Positions 22,042 through 31,830 of a stretch of 64,000 bases of DNA are shown here, piece by piece. How positions within the stretch are numbered: the stretch's first letter is position 1; each line of letters opens with the position of its first letter. A model generated the notes under the pieces. It did not search any database, had not been told where the DNA came from, and worked only from the letters and a program-made list of their open reading frames with translations. Source of the DNA: an uncultured Acidobacteriota bacterium (GTDB lineage Bacteria > Acidobacteriota > Terriglobia > UBA7540); NCBI GenBank assembly GCA_963804995.1, contig CAWDSK010000001.1, forward strand, positions 192,001 through 256,000, in the 5' to 3' direction. A program made the position numbers and the translations under genes.

Positions 22042-22440
22042 CGTGAGTGTCACGCGCCGATAGAGACAAATCCACGGGATCGTCTCCGGTCGGGAGAAGT
22101 TCCATTAGGCAAAATAGACCATTCTATTTTACGCCCCAAGCGCAGTCATGCAAAGCGCCATATGAAAATATATCACTATAACGCTGTCCGGCAAATGCCC
22201 AACCGTAGGGTCGGAGAACCCCGAACTGGGCGTGGCGGTTCAGAGCAGCCTGTGCGCGGAATCGCCTTCTTCTTTTGAAATCAACAAGTTTGCTTGTGCC
22301 ACGAGCCGGAAAGCAACTCTATTTGCAGCAAAAGGACTCGAAGAAACTCATTGAGCTCAGGGCTTTTCTCATGCCCGAGGCTTTCCAATTTGGTCAGAGT
22401 ATAGCTGCGCGGGTCGAAACCGTGACTTACGCTGCGCGAG

Positions 22441-23805
22441 TTATTTTCCTGACATAACTTTCTCGATAGCTTCCACCGTGCGCGGCAGGCGGCGGGTTAG
22501 AATTTCATTGCCGTCCGCGGTGATAAGAATATCGTCTTCGATGCGGACGCCGAGTTTTTCTTCCGGAATATAAATCCCCGGCTCGACGGTAATGACCATG
22601 CCGGGTTCGAGCGCCTGGTTGTAATCCAGGGGATCGTGAACGTTGAGGCCGATCGGGTGGCTCAAGCCATGGATGAAGTACTGGCCGAGTGGCTGCCCGT
22701 GCAGATCCTTGCCATGAGTATTGATATACTCGTACGCAATCTCAAAGAGGCTCTGGCTCGCGTGGTGGCCCAGAAACAATCCGGGCTTGGCTGCGGCCAG
22801 GGCGGCGTTCTGGGCGCCCAAGACGATTTCGTAAATCTCGCGCTGGCGCGGCGTAAAGTGGCCGTTCACCGGCAGCGTACGGGTGATGTCACTGGTATAC
22901 CCGCTGTAAGAGCCCGCCACGTCCATCACCACCAGATCGCCATCCTGCATCTGGTGGGAATCCTCATCGTAGTGGAGCACCGTCGAGAAGAATCCTGAGC
23001 CCACAATGGGGGGATAGGACGGCCACTCGCAACCCCGGCGCTCGTACTCATATTTCATGAGGGCAGCAATTTGGTACTCCCACACGCCCGGCTTCACGGC
23101 TCGCATCGCGGCCAGGTGCGCGTCAACGGAGGCCTCCGCCGCCTTGCGAATCAGGGCGATTTCTCCCGTGGTCTTTACGGAGCGCAGGCGCAGGATTTCC
23201 AGGCGGAGGTCCGCAAGCGTGGCCAGCGGCGCCAGCTTGTGAAGCTTTCCCACCATCTCAGCTTCAAAGTAATCCTCACCGCTCTCCGGCTGCGGTGTCA
23301 CCTCCGTGTAGATCTTGAGGAAACCCTTAAGCGCATCCTGGAGGTCAGTCGGGAAGAGCGCCGTGCTGCGAACCATTGCGAATCCTGTGCGGGCGGGGGC
23401 GTCGGGGTCATCCGCACCCAACTTGGGACCCGTCCATCTTTCCTGGCCGGGATTGTGCGGCGGGATGTACAGGATCTCCTTCTCCAGTTCCACGGCGGCG
23501 CCGTTCGGGTGTGGCTTCGGGACGAGCAGCAGAATGGCTTCCGGCTCATTCCAACCCGTAAGGTAGTAGAACTCCTCGTTCTGCCGGAAAGAGGTGACGC
23601 TGGCCGCCACATCGGCGTCGCGATAAGCGAAGAGCACCACCACTCCATCGCCTCCCAAGTCGCGAACCAGGCGCGCGCGGCGCTCGTGGAAAACGGAGAA
23701 CGGCTCATGCTCCCATCCGTATGCCGCAGATGCGGTCCCCAGAATTGCAGTCAAAACCAGCCCCGCCGAGACAAGAATCTTCCCGCGTTCGCAACCACGG
23801 TGCAT
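22441..23805 (-). CDS. pepP: Xaa-Pro aminopeptidase (M24B), with signal peptide
   Basis: SDITRT, HGLSHPIGLNVHD, TVEPGIY, GVRIEDD. Confidence 0.88.
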   Translation of the reverse strand: MHRGCERGKILVSAGLVLTAILGTASAAYGWEHEPFSVFHERRARLVRDLGGDGVVVLFAYRDADVAASVTSFRQNEEFYYLTGWNEPEAILLLVPKPHPNGAAVELEKEILYIPPHNPGQERWTGPKLGADDPDAPARTGFAMVRSTALFPTDLQDALKGFLKIYTEVTPQPESGEDYFEAEMVGKLHKLAPLATLADLRLEILRLRSVKTTGEIALIRKAAEASVDAHLAAMRAVKPGVWEYQIAALMKYEYERRGCEWPSYPPIVGSGFFSTVLHYDEDSHQMQDGDLVVMDVAGSYSGYTSDITRTLPVNGHFTPRQREIYEIVLGAQNAALAAAKPGLFLGHHASQSLFEIAYEYINTHGKDLHGQPLGQYFIHGLSHPIGLNVHDPLDYNQALEPGMVITVEPGIYIPEEKLGVRIEDDILITADGNEILTRRLPRTVEAIEKVMSGK

Positions 23806-23876
23806 CGCAACCCCCTCGGAAAATAGTCCTACAGCATAACGCGTTGGTCAAATTTTGGGGAGTCTTTACGGTGAGT

Positions 23877-23968
23877 GGCAGTGACTCGTTTTGACGTGGC
23901 ATGGCCATCCTGGCCATGAAGGGACACGGGCAGAGACGCCCGTGGCACTTCAAAATGCGTCACTACCC
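23877..23968. repeat. REP doublet (GTGGCATGGCCATCCTGGCCATG / CACGGGC..GCCCGTGGCAC) inside MITE-like inverted ends
   Basis: Two hairpins flanked by ggcagtgactcgttttga / tcaaaatgcgtcactacc. Confidence 0.65.
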
Positions 23969-24278
23969 GGTGAAGGGTGTACAGCGGGAGGCAACGGGAC
24001 AGCTAGCTTTGCGGGGTCACACCTTTTCGGGCGGGAGAGTCGTGAATGCCTCACATATGTAGCCTATCTATCTTTACAGGGGACTGCCAGGCGCGCCGGG
24101 GTCCGCGATCAAGAAATTGTGTCGTGGGCCGCCGGCTGGCCCTCCAAGCATTCCAGTTGCCAGCCAGCGTCTTTAAATTCTCACTTGCCAGGGTGCGCTT
24201 TTTCTGGGCCTTTCGACCACTGTCCGCTGGACACATTGTCATCCTGTTTTACCATTTTTCATATCGTTGCTAACCATA

Positions 24279-24363
24279 TTTGTTTTCAATAACTTCTCAG
24301 CTTTGGCAAACAGAAAATCTCGAGTTGACGCGCTTTGTTTTCAATATGTTCTCAGCTTTGGCA
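24279..24363 (+). repeat. Direct repeat TTTGTTTTCAATA..TTCTCAGCTTTGGCA (2 copies)
   Basis: Copies at about 24279-24308 and 24334-24363. Confidence 0.7.
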
Positions 24364-24575
24364 GTTTTTGGCGTTCAGCGACACATTGTCGGCAGAGATT
24401 TGGAGAGGGTAAATGGTTCGTGTTCGGTCTCATATATACCACCGGCGATTCCCACTCTTCCTGCCTCAGACGGGAAATTCTCCTTGCGGAGCAATTCACG
24501 CCGTGTTGAGCCATTCGGGCCCTTAGCGCTGATTGATGATATGCCTATGTAACGCTTATTGTCAAGCCTAATATC

Positions 24576-26198
24576 CTACGTGGCGTGCTCCACGGTGCGG
24601 GGGCGGACGAGCCCGGGGAGAGCGGTGGCAAGGCGCCGCAAGGGGGTTTGGAAGAGCGACATCATCCCCATGTAGGAGTAGCCCATGAAGAAGAGCAGCA
24701 GGAAGGGCGTGGTCAGATAGTTTTCCACGGTGAAAGAGTAAATCGTGGTGAGCAGGAAGTAGGCCGCGAGCGAGAGTTCAACGATGGGAATCCAGCCGGC
24801 GCGGCGGCGAACGTACTTCTTCTGCTCCCATCCTTCTTCGCTGGCTTCCAGGCGGTACTTGGGCGTACGCACAAATTCCGTCTGTTTGCCGACGAGCGCT
24901 TCGATCACAGCCTTGGCGTTGGTGACGGCCAACCCGATGCCGGTGGCCATGATGAAGGGCATGAACTTGATGCGGCTGCGCCACTCGTGCGGGTAGAGCT
25001 CGCGTTGCGCCACCATGTAGAAACTCGAAATCGAGCAAGTGGAAGCAAGGAACAGCGGCAGGTCGAGGTAGAGCATTTGAAACCAGCCCTGATAGAACCG
25101 CACAATCATGGCCGGCAGCAGAATCACCGAAAAAACGACCATCAGCGGGTAGGCGATGTTCGCCGTCAAGTGGAAGGTGGCTTCGAGCTTAATCTTGAGC
25201 GGTTCGTCGCTGCGCCAGACCACGGGGAGAATTTTCTTGGCTACCTGAATGAGCCCCTTGGCCCAACGCGCCTGCTGAGTCTTGAAGGAATTCATTTCGA
25301 CGGGCAGCTCTGACGGGCACACAATGCTGGGGTCGTAAACGAACTTCCAGCCCTTAAGCTGCGCGCGGTAACTCAGATCTGTGTCTTCGGTCAGCGTATC
25401 GTGCTGCCAGCCGCCCGCGTCGTCGATGGCGGCGCAACGCCACATGCCCGCGGTGCCGTTGAAGTTAAAGAAGCGGCCTGAAAAGTTGCGCCCGCCGTGC
25501 TCGATCACGAAGTGGCCATCGAGCAGAATGGCCTCGACCTCCGACAAATTCGAATAACTCCTATTGATCCACGTCCACCGGCCTTGCACCACCGCCACCT
25601 TGGGATCGGTGAAGTAATGAACCATCTCCCGCAGAATCGTGGGCAGGGGAGCAAAATCCGCGTCGAAGATGGCGATGAATTCGCCCGTGGCGCTCTTCAT
25701 GCCCTCGGCCAGCGCGCCTGCTTTGTAACCCTCGCGATTGTCGCGGGGATGGTAAGTGATGGGATGGCCCGCGCGCGCATACTCGCTGACCAGGCGCGAG
25801 CTGACAATGCGGGTTTCATCGGTCGAGTCGTCGAGAAGCTGAATTTCCAGTAGCTCGCGGGGATAGTCGATGCGTGTGACAGCGTCGAGCAGGCGCTCTA
25901 CCACGTAACGTTCATTGTAAATGGGGAGCTGGATCGTTACGCGCGGCAACTGCTCAAATTGCTTTTCAGGTTTCGGCGCCTTCTTGCGGTTCTTCAGGTA
26001 AAGATAAACCAGACAATAGCGATGAATGCCGTAAATGGAAAGAATGATAAGAATAGTAAAGTAGGGAATCAGAATCGAGAGGTCAAAGCCGTTAGGCTGA
26101 TAGATGCCTCGAAACGGATCCTTATGAAAGACCTTGTAGAAATACTTTACCACCGGGTTCGCCGGGGCGACCAGGATGGCAAAGAGTAGTGAGTGCAT
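24576..26198 (-). CDS. GT2 cellulose-synthase-like glycosyltransferase
   Basis: QLPIYNE, LDDSTD, KAGAL, FDADF, TLTEDTDLS, QQARW (D,D,D,QxxRW). Confidence 0.92.
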   Translation of the reverse strand: MHSLLFAILVAPANPVVKYFYKVFHKDPFRGIYQPNGFDLSILIPYFTILIILSIYGIHRYCLVYLYLKNRKKAPKPEKQFEQLPRVTIQLPIYNERYVVERLLDAVTRIDYPRELLEIQLLDDSTDETRIVSSRLVSEYARAGHPITYHPRDNREGYKAGALAEGMKSATGEFIAIFDADFAPLPTILREMVHYFTDPKVAVVQGRWTWINRSYSNLSEVEAILLDGHFVIEHGGRNFSGRFFNFNGTAGMWRCAAIDDAGGWQHDTLTEDTDLSYRAQLKGWKFVYDPSIVCPSELPVEMNSFKTQQARWAKGLIQVAKKILPVVWRSDEPLKIKLEATFHLTANIAYPLMVVFSVILLPAMIVRFYQGWFQMLYLDLPLFLASTCSISSFYMVAQRELYPHEWRSRIKFMPFIMATGIGLAVTNAKAVIEALVGKQTEFVRTPKYRLEASEEGWEQKKYVRRRAGWIPIVELSLAAYFLLTTIYSFTVENYLTTPFLLLFFMGYSYMGMMSLFQTPLRRLATALPGLVRPRTVEHAT

Positions 26199-26689
26199 AG
26201 AATCACTTCAGCGGACGAAAGAATCTAACCGGGCAACCAGAGGAGCTGGGTAAGCGAACTGCCGGGCGGAGGATCCTCTTAGAAGATAAGTGCAAAATCA
26301 TTCCGCGGCGTCATTGCTCCTGCCCACGCTCGGCCTTGCCGCGCTGGCCTGCGGCCTGGCAGCCGTCTTCAAATTGCTCGGCCGCTCGCAGAATCCACAA
26401 GCACAGATACAAGAGTTTATCACTTTGGCGCTCGCGGGGGGAATCCTTTATTTTATAAGAGAAGGGGGTGGATGGCGGTGGGAGGAAATAGGCTCATTTG
26501 AATGGAAGCGGCCACAAATCAAAGACATGCGGCGGGCGCGCGCGATTTGGGGATTAGTGGCTGGATGGCAGTGAAAGCCGGACGCGGAAGGAACAATCAA
26601 TAGCTTGCGGCGAAGCCGGACGCTGGAAGTCGGACCCAGGTCGGACGTAAGGGTGAATGCCGGACATGACAAATTGGCGCGGGGCAAAA

Positions 26690-27403
26690 TCATCGGCAGG
26701 CTGCCTGACTAAGATCGGCCAAGAGACCAGCTTCCGCCTGGTCGGGGCTTATGCCCTGCGGCTTGTAGTAACCGGGCATGTTGCGGATCGGCACGCGCGT
26801 GGACCGGCTGCCTCGCCACAGAGCATTTCCTTGCCGGTTGCGGAGAACACAGAGGTATCTAACGTCGCAATCAGCCAGGGAAACATTTTCCTGGCCTGGC
26901 GGTGGGAGCATCTCGGTTTGGATTTCCAGCCTACCGTCCGCCTGGTCAGGGTTTGTGACCACGTCGAAGCATGTTGAGCCAGTGATGACCTGGGGCTCGA
27001 TTCGATTCGGAACTCCATCGACACTGACGAAGAGGGCGGCCATCGGTTTCTTAACGCCCAGGAATCTCGCACCCACAGGTCCTTGCAGCGTGCGTTCCTG
27101 TCTGCGCTTTTGTTCCCCTTGCTGGCGCGCCTGCTCCTGGGCTCTCGCGTGCGCCGCCTGAATCTCCAATTCCTCACGACTCGGAGAATCCTGGCATCCT
27201 AGAAAACACATCATTATTGATAGCGCCAAACCCAGGGCGGCGACCACAACTGAAACCATACACCCGCCCATCATTCTTCCAATTTTCCTTTGGCGCCCGG
27301 AGCGCGTCAGGGGGATTCCGGTAGCTCGCGCGACTTTTCCCTTTAAGCCGGATAGTCCGCTGGCGCGCCTCCAGGACCACGAGAAGCCAAATTTCTTCCC
27401 CAT
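26690..27403 (-). CDS. Hypothetical membrane-anchored protein with basic FSWSWRR..GIPLTRSGRQRKIG N-terminus
   Basis: AGAGGTG RBS; basic N-terminus, TM segment, coiled coil; resembles prophage accessory genes. Confidence 0.65.
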   Translation of the reverse strand: MGKKFGFSWSWRRASGLSGLKGKVARATGIPLTRSGRQRKIGRMMGGCMVSVVVAALGLALSIMMCFLGCQDSPSREELEIQAAHARAQEQARQQGEQKRRQERTLQGPVGARFLGVKKPMAALFVSVDGVPNRIEPQVITGSTCFDVVTNPDQADGRLEIQTEMLPPPGQENVSLADCDVRYLCVLRNRQGNALWRGSRSTRVPIRNMPGYYKPQGISPDQAEAGLLADLSQAACR

Positions 27404-27406
27404 AGA

Positions 27407-27604
27407 TCACCTCTTTTTGCAAGTTCCACAGGTGCCGTGATCCTTCGCGCAGTGCTTGCAATACTTACAATTCTTACAGGCGCTACACGGGTCCGCGCCG
27501 ACGCACCGACCGGAAGGATCAGCACTGTACATTTGTATAGTGCCACTTTCGGCGAGCGCCAGCGAGAGTAGGATTCCTACCAGAAGGGCCATTAGCCATC
27601 GCAT
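27407..27604 (-). CDS. Small secreted Cys-rich protein
   Basis: GAGGTG RBS; signal peptide; CVGADPCSACKNCKYCKHCAKDHGTCGTC (8 Cys). Confidence 0.7.
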   Translation of the reverse strand: MRWLMALLVGILLSLALAESGTIQMYSADPSGRCVGADPCSACKNCKYCKHCAKDHGTCGTCKKR

Positions 27605-27612
27605 ACTTCACC

Positions 27613-27852
27613 TCACTTTTTCAGGTATTTCATATCGTGCCAGTCGGCGCCGCGCCTGACCAGGCGTTCCGACTCAATCCGCAGGGCTTCCCCGGCTCCA
27701 AGATGGCCGGCCACAGCAGCCTGATAAATAAGATTGAGCCCAGTGACCGCATCATCGAAGTATTCCAGGAGAGCGGGATCATCGCGCCTTGCGCGTTGAC
27801 CGTCTTGGGTCGATTTTTTCACCAGGTACCACCCTATGTGGGGGACTCTCAT
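27613..27852 (-). CDS. Hypothetical protein (possibly a 5'-truncated fragment)
   Basis: 79-aa ORF in operon arrangement with the two downstream genes. Confidence 0.4.
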   Translation of the reverse strand: MRVPHIGWYLVKKSTQDGQRARRDDPALLEYFDDAVTGLNLIYQAAVAGHLGAGEALRIESERLVRRGADWHDMKYLKK

Positions 27853-28080
27853 CCAGTAAGTCAGATTGCTGCCGAGCGGCTTGATGGGACGGATATTGCT
27901 CCCCTAGCCGCGTGATGTCAAGACCGAATTCCAACATATTTGGCTGCCGTCTTTCTGGTCGAACGCTATCGCCTGGGTTCCAGGGGGCTGCTGATTATCC
28001 TGCGCGGGGCGTCGAAGCGCGAGAATAGGAAGCAAAGGTTGTTGCGCCTGATTAGTGGCGACGCGTTTCGATTTTCGTCC

Positions 28081-28152
28081 TTATACCTGCACAGTTACGG
28101 CCGTATCCGTGCGGATGAAGGGGCGGTAAAGCGTGTCGCGTTCGAAGGGTTC
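28081..28152 (-). pseudogene. Duplicated 3' end of mqnE
   Basis: Encodes EPFERDTLYRPFIRTDTAVTVQV* versus mqnE EPFERDTLYRPVIRTDTSVTVQV* (28898-28969). Confidence 0.85.
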
Positions 28153-28198
28153 GTAGTCTGTCTGGCAAATGCGGCCTAGAGTGATATATACTATACAC

Positions 28199-28444
28199 AT
28201 GAAACGTACAAATCTTGTGTTGGACGGAAATCTCCTCGAGGAGGCCACGCGTGCCCTGGGGATGAAAACCTACTCTGCTACCGTCAATCGAGCTCTGGCG
28301 GAGGCAATCCGCGTCCGAAAGGTTCAGAGCCTCCCAAGTTTTTTTGGTAGCGGGCTATGGGAAGGCAACTTGGCAGAGATGCGGGAAGACAGTGGCCGCC
28401 CTCAACGGCTACGAGCGCCAAGCGGTAAGCGGGGGCGGCAGTGA
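28199..28444 (+). CDS. vapB: VapB-type antitoxin
   Basis: MKRTNLVLDGNLLEEA...TVNRAL...WEGNLAEMR; overlaps vapC (GTGA). Confidence 0.85.
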   Translation: MKRTNLVLDGNLLEEATRALGMKTYSATVNRALAEAIRVRKVQSLPSFFGSGLWEGNLAEMREDSGRPQRLRAPSGKRGRQ

Positions 28445-28830
28445 TCCTTGTCGACACTTCCGCCTGGATCGAACTGCTGAACTACCGGCGCCGCCCTCAT
28501 CTGACAGATGAGGAGCTCCTTAACTTCGCTACCTGCGGGCCGGTAGTACAGGAAGTCTTCTCAGGACTGCGTGACCATCCCTGGGCTGAAGCTTTCCGCG
28601 AGGCTTTTCTCGGGCTCCCGGTTCTCGGCGATCCGCTGCCACTCGAAACTTTCCTGGCCGCGGCGGAAATCTACCGCCAGGGCCGCCGCAAAGGTTACAC
28701 CATCCGCTCGTCCACAGATTGTTTGATCGCTGCCATTGCCATTGACCACAAGATTCCGGTTTGGCACAAAGACCGCGACTTTGAAACTATCGCGCGATTT
28801 TCAAGCCTTCAGACCCGGCGCTACCCGTAA
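28441..28830 (+). CDS. vapC: VapC PIN-domain toxin
   Basis: ILVDTSAWI, E, DCLIAAIA, HKDRDF acidic PIN tetrad. Confidence 0.9.
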   Translation: MILVDTSAWIELLNYRRRPHLTDEELLNFATCGPVVQEVFSGLRDHPWAEAFREAFLGLPVLGDPLPLETFLAAAEIYRQGRRKGYTIRSSTDCLIAAIAIDHKIPVWHKDRDFETIARFSSLQTRRYP

Positions 28831-28897
28831 GACCGCGGGGGGCACATCGACAACCCAGCCCGAACTTGAAAGACTTCCCCCATTTCAACTTTGGAGA

Positions 28898-30034
28898 TTA
28901 AACCTGCACGGTAACAGACGTATCGGTGCGGATGACAGGGCGGTAGAGCGTATCGCGCTCGAAGGGCTCGCAGCCCGCTTCGCGAATCAGGCGGATAAGC
29001 TCGGCGCGGGTCATGGCTTGCGGAGTCTTCGCGCCGGCGTCGTGATAGATCTTTTCTTCCACCACGGTGCCGTCCAGGTCGTCGGCCCCGAAGCGCAGCG
29101 CCACCTGCGCCACGCGCGGAGTCATCATGATCCAGTAGGCTTTGATATGCGGAAAATTGTCGAGCAGCAGGCGCGCCACGGCGACGTTTTTCAAATCCAT
29201 AAAGCCGCTCGTCTCCGTATGCTCCACCAGCTTGCCGAGCTCAGTGTTGGCGGGATGAAACGCCAAGGGGATGAAGGTCTGGAACCCATGCGTCTCATCC
29301 TGCAGCTTGCGCAATTGCAGCAGGTGGTCCGTGCGGTCTTCCGCCGACTCGATGTGCCCGTAAAGCATGGTGGCGTTTGAGTGCATGCCCAGCTCGTGCG
29401 CGAAGCGATGCACCTTCAACCACGTGTAGGCGCCAATCTTGTGGTCGCAGATGACGCGGCGGACCGCCGGCGCGAAAATCTCCGCCCCACCACCCGGCAG
29501 CGAGTCGAGGCCGGCGTCTTTCATTCGCACCAGGACTTCGCGCAGGGACAAGCGGGTAACGTGCGAGAAGTAACCGATCTCAACCGCGGTAAAGCCCTTC
29601 AAATGCACATTCGGAAAACGCTGCTTCAACCCGCGCAGCAAATCGAGGTAATAGTCGAACGACAAATCCGGATGCAGCCCACCCACGATATGGAATTCCG
29701 TGACCGCTTCCGACCAGTTCTCACCCGCGATGCGATAGGCCTCCTCGAGCGCCATGGTGTAGGCGCCCGGCGCATCAGGCTTGCGGCCAAAGGCGCACAG
29801 CTTACAACTGGCCACGCAAACGTTGGTGGGATTGATGTGCCGGTTGACGTTGAAGTAGGTGCGCATCCCGTGCAGCCTGGTTCGTACAAGGTGAGCCAGG
29901 TAGCCGACGGCCAATAGGTCGGGGGAGTTGTACAGCGCCACTCCCTCGTCAAAATTCAGCCGTTCGCCTGCCAGGACTTTCCGGGCGATGGGCTCCAGGG
30001 CGCGGTCTTCAATGTGCAGATTCTGTGGGAGCAT
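28898..30034 (-). CDS. mqnE: Aminofutalosine synthase (radical SAM)
   Basis: HINPTNVCVASCKLCAF, IVGGLHP, NATMLYGHIE, HIKAYW, EEKIYHDAGA. Confidence 0.92.
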   Translation of the reverse strand: MLPQNLHIEDRALEPIARKVLAGERLNFDEGVALYNSPDLLAVGYLAHLVRTRLHGMRTYFNVNRHINPTNVCVASCKLCAFGRKPDAPGAYTMALEEAYRIAGENWSEAVTEFHIVGGLHPDLSFDYYLDLLRGLKQRFPNVHLKGFTAVEIGYFSHVTRLSLREVLVRMKDAGLDSLPGGGAEIFAPAVRRVICDHKIGAYTWLKVHRFAHELGMHSNATMLYGHIESAEDRTDHLLQLRKLQDETHGFQTFIPLAFHPANTELGKLVEHTETSGFMDLKNVAVARLLLDNFPHIKAYWIMMTPRVAQVALRFGADDLDGTVVEEKIYHDAGAKTPQAMTRAELIRLIREAGCEPFERDTLYRPVIRTDTSVTVQV

Positions 30035-30084
30035 ACCCAAACTCAGTATTCTACCCGGCGGCGAGCGCCATTTGCAAACCCCAC

Positions 30085-31830
30085 TCAGGCTTCCAGCTTG
30101 AACTTGGTTGAAGCCAGGGTGTAGAGACGGCGCCAGACCAGCCGGTTGATAGTTACCACCATCGCCGCCATGACGGCGGTGGCCGCGAGCAGCACGCGGA
30201 AGTTTCCGGTGTCCGTGGCGTGGCTGATAACCGCGCCAAGGCCTATCGTGGAAAGAGTCTTCCCCTGAAAACGGAAATACTCGGCTACGATGCTGGCATT
30301 CCAAGCGCCTCCGGACGCGGTGATGAGTCCCGTAATCAAGTAAGGAAAGATTCCCGGCAAAAACAAGTTCCGCCAGCGCTCGAAATCGCCCAGCCTGAAG
30401 ACGCCACAGACTTCTTTCAGATCCGTGGGGATGGCGCTCGCCCCAGCAATGACATTGAACAGGATGTACCACTGCGTGCCTAGCAACAAAAGCACCATGG
30501 AGCCGATCCCCATCCCGCCGCCGACCCGAACCAGCGCCAGCAGGACGACTGGGAATAAGGCCGTGGCAGGAACCGACGCTGCTATTTGAGCGAGTGGTTG
30601 GAGGGCGGCGGAAAGTTTCGGTCGCAGTCCAACCAGAATCCCCACGGGTACTGTCCACAATGCCGCCAGCACCAGAGTTGCTTCCACGCGCAGGAATGTC
30701 GCTCCGGCCCCTCGAAGGATTTCCCAAAATTCCGATCGGGAGATCGTCACCAGCATGGCGCTCATCTGTACCGTCGCGTAAACAACAGCTATCAGGACCG
30801 CAACCCCGAGCACGCGCCACGTCAATTTCCGGAGCGGATGACCTTCGGCAGCCTGATCAGACAACACGCTGGCCCGGGCAAAGTAGAGGTTCAGGGCTTC
30901 GCGGGCCGGCCGGATGGACACGCGGGCAGCGAGGGGCAGGATCGTCGAGCGGCGTAACAGATCGAGGACCGGTGAGCGGGGGGGGTCGGCGGACTCGACC
31001 TGCTCGAATTTGAACTTTTCAGCCCAGGCAATCATGGGACGCCAAACAACCTGATCGATCAGGACGATGATCGCTACCATAACCGCCAGCCCCCAGGTGA
31101 TGGCGCGAGTATCGCCCACATTGGCGGCCGTCTGGAGATAAGAACCCAGGCCGGGAAGGCGCAGGTCGCGATTTCCCAGCACGAACATTTCGCACGCCAT
31201 CAGAAAGAACCAGGCGCCGGCGACCGACATGATGGAATTCCAAATGAGTCCAATGGCCGCGTAGGGCAATTCGATTTGCACCAGGCGCTGCCACCAGCTT
31301 AGACGGTAGACTTCAGCCGCTTCCTGCATATCCCGCGGAAGGCTTTTGAGCGAAGAGTAAAAGCTGAAGGTCATGTTCCAAACCTGCCCCGTCAGGATCA
31401 ACACGATGCACCCCAGTTCCACGCCCAATTGGCTGTTGGGGAACAATGCGATCATCGCCACCATGACGGCGGGAAGGAAGCTGAGAACCGGGATGGATTG
31501 CAGGATATCCAGGAGTGGAACCATCAATCGTTCCGCTTTGGCATTGTAGGCGGCGACATATCCATAAACGAGGGCGAAGGCCAAGCTGAGGAAATAGGCA
31601 AGGGTAATGCGAACTACGGAATAGAAGGCATATTTCGGCAAGACCCCGGGAGAGAGCTGAATCTCCGCCAGGGTATTGGCAGGGCCGATTCCGTACCGGG
31701 CAAAGGTGAGCAGGCCATAGAAGAGCGCCAGCCCCGCCACCATAATGGGCAGGTCCCTGAGGAGAGACGGAACTGCCGAGGGAAACACTCCCCAAGGCGG
31801 AACGCCGGTTTTCTGGTTTGGCGATATCAT
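30085..31830 (-). CDS. NitT/TauT-type ABC permease with duplicated TM domain
   Basis: LDILQSIPVLSFLP, WNMTFSFY, GTQWYILFNVIAGA, GGAWNASIVAE. Confidence 0.9.
   Translation of the reverse strand: MISPNQKTGVPPWGVFPSAVPSLLRDLPIMVAGLALFYGLLTFARYGIGPANTLAEIQLSPGVLPKYAFYSVVRITLAYFLSLAFALVYGYVAAYNAKAERLMVPLLDILQSIPVLSFLPAVMVAMIALFPNSQLGVELGCIVLILTGQVWNMTFSFYSSLKSLPRDMQEAAEVYRLSWWQRLVQIELPYAAIGLIWNSIMSVAGAWFFLMACEMFVLGNRDLRLPGLGSYLQTAANVGDTRAITWGLAVMVAIIVLIDQVVWRPMIAWAEKFKFEQVESADPPRSPVLDLLRRSTILPLAARVSIRPAREALNLYFARASVLSDQAAEGHPLRKLTWRVLGVAVLIAVVYATVQMSAMLVTISRSEFWEILRGAGATFLRVEATLVLAALWTVPVGILVGLRPKLSAALQPLAQIAASVPATALFPVVLLALVRVGGGMGIGSMVLLLLGTQWYILFNVIAGASAIPTDLKEVCGVFRLGDFERWRNLFLPGIFPYLITGLITASGGAWNASIVAEYFRFQGKTLSTIGLGAVISHATDTGNFRVLLAATAVMAAMVVTINRLVWRRLYTLASTKFKLEA

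Larger units (their letters stand above)
26454..27936. mobile_element. 1.48-kb inserted element remnant with 5-bp target duplication (TATTT)
   Basis: TATTT at 26449-26453 and 27937-27941; ends TAT.../...ACA; no transposase inside. Confidence 0.65.
26290..28010 (+). pseudogene. Disrupted and truncated membrane-protein gene (possibly GT87-like)
   Basis: Removing 26454-27941 restores ...LALAGGILYLAAVFLVERYRLGSRGLLIIL. The family guess is inference from hydrophobicity and GT2 adjacency. Confidence 0.55.

Noticed and set aside
22054..22440. SRP (4.5S) RNA next to ffh
   Set aside because: The conserved SRP domain IV motif (CAGG..GGAA..AGCAG) was not found.
28898..30820. 640-aa extended MqnE fusion from the ORF track
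   Set aside because: The N-terminal extension overlaps the ABC permease in another frame; the real start is the ATG at 30034.
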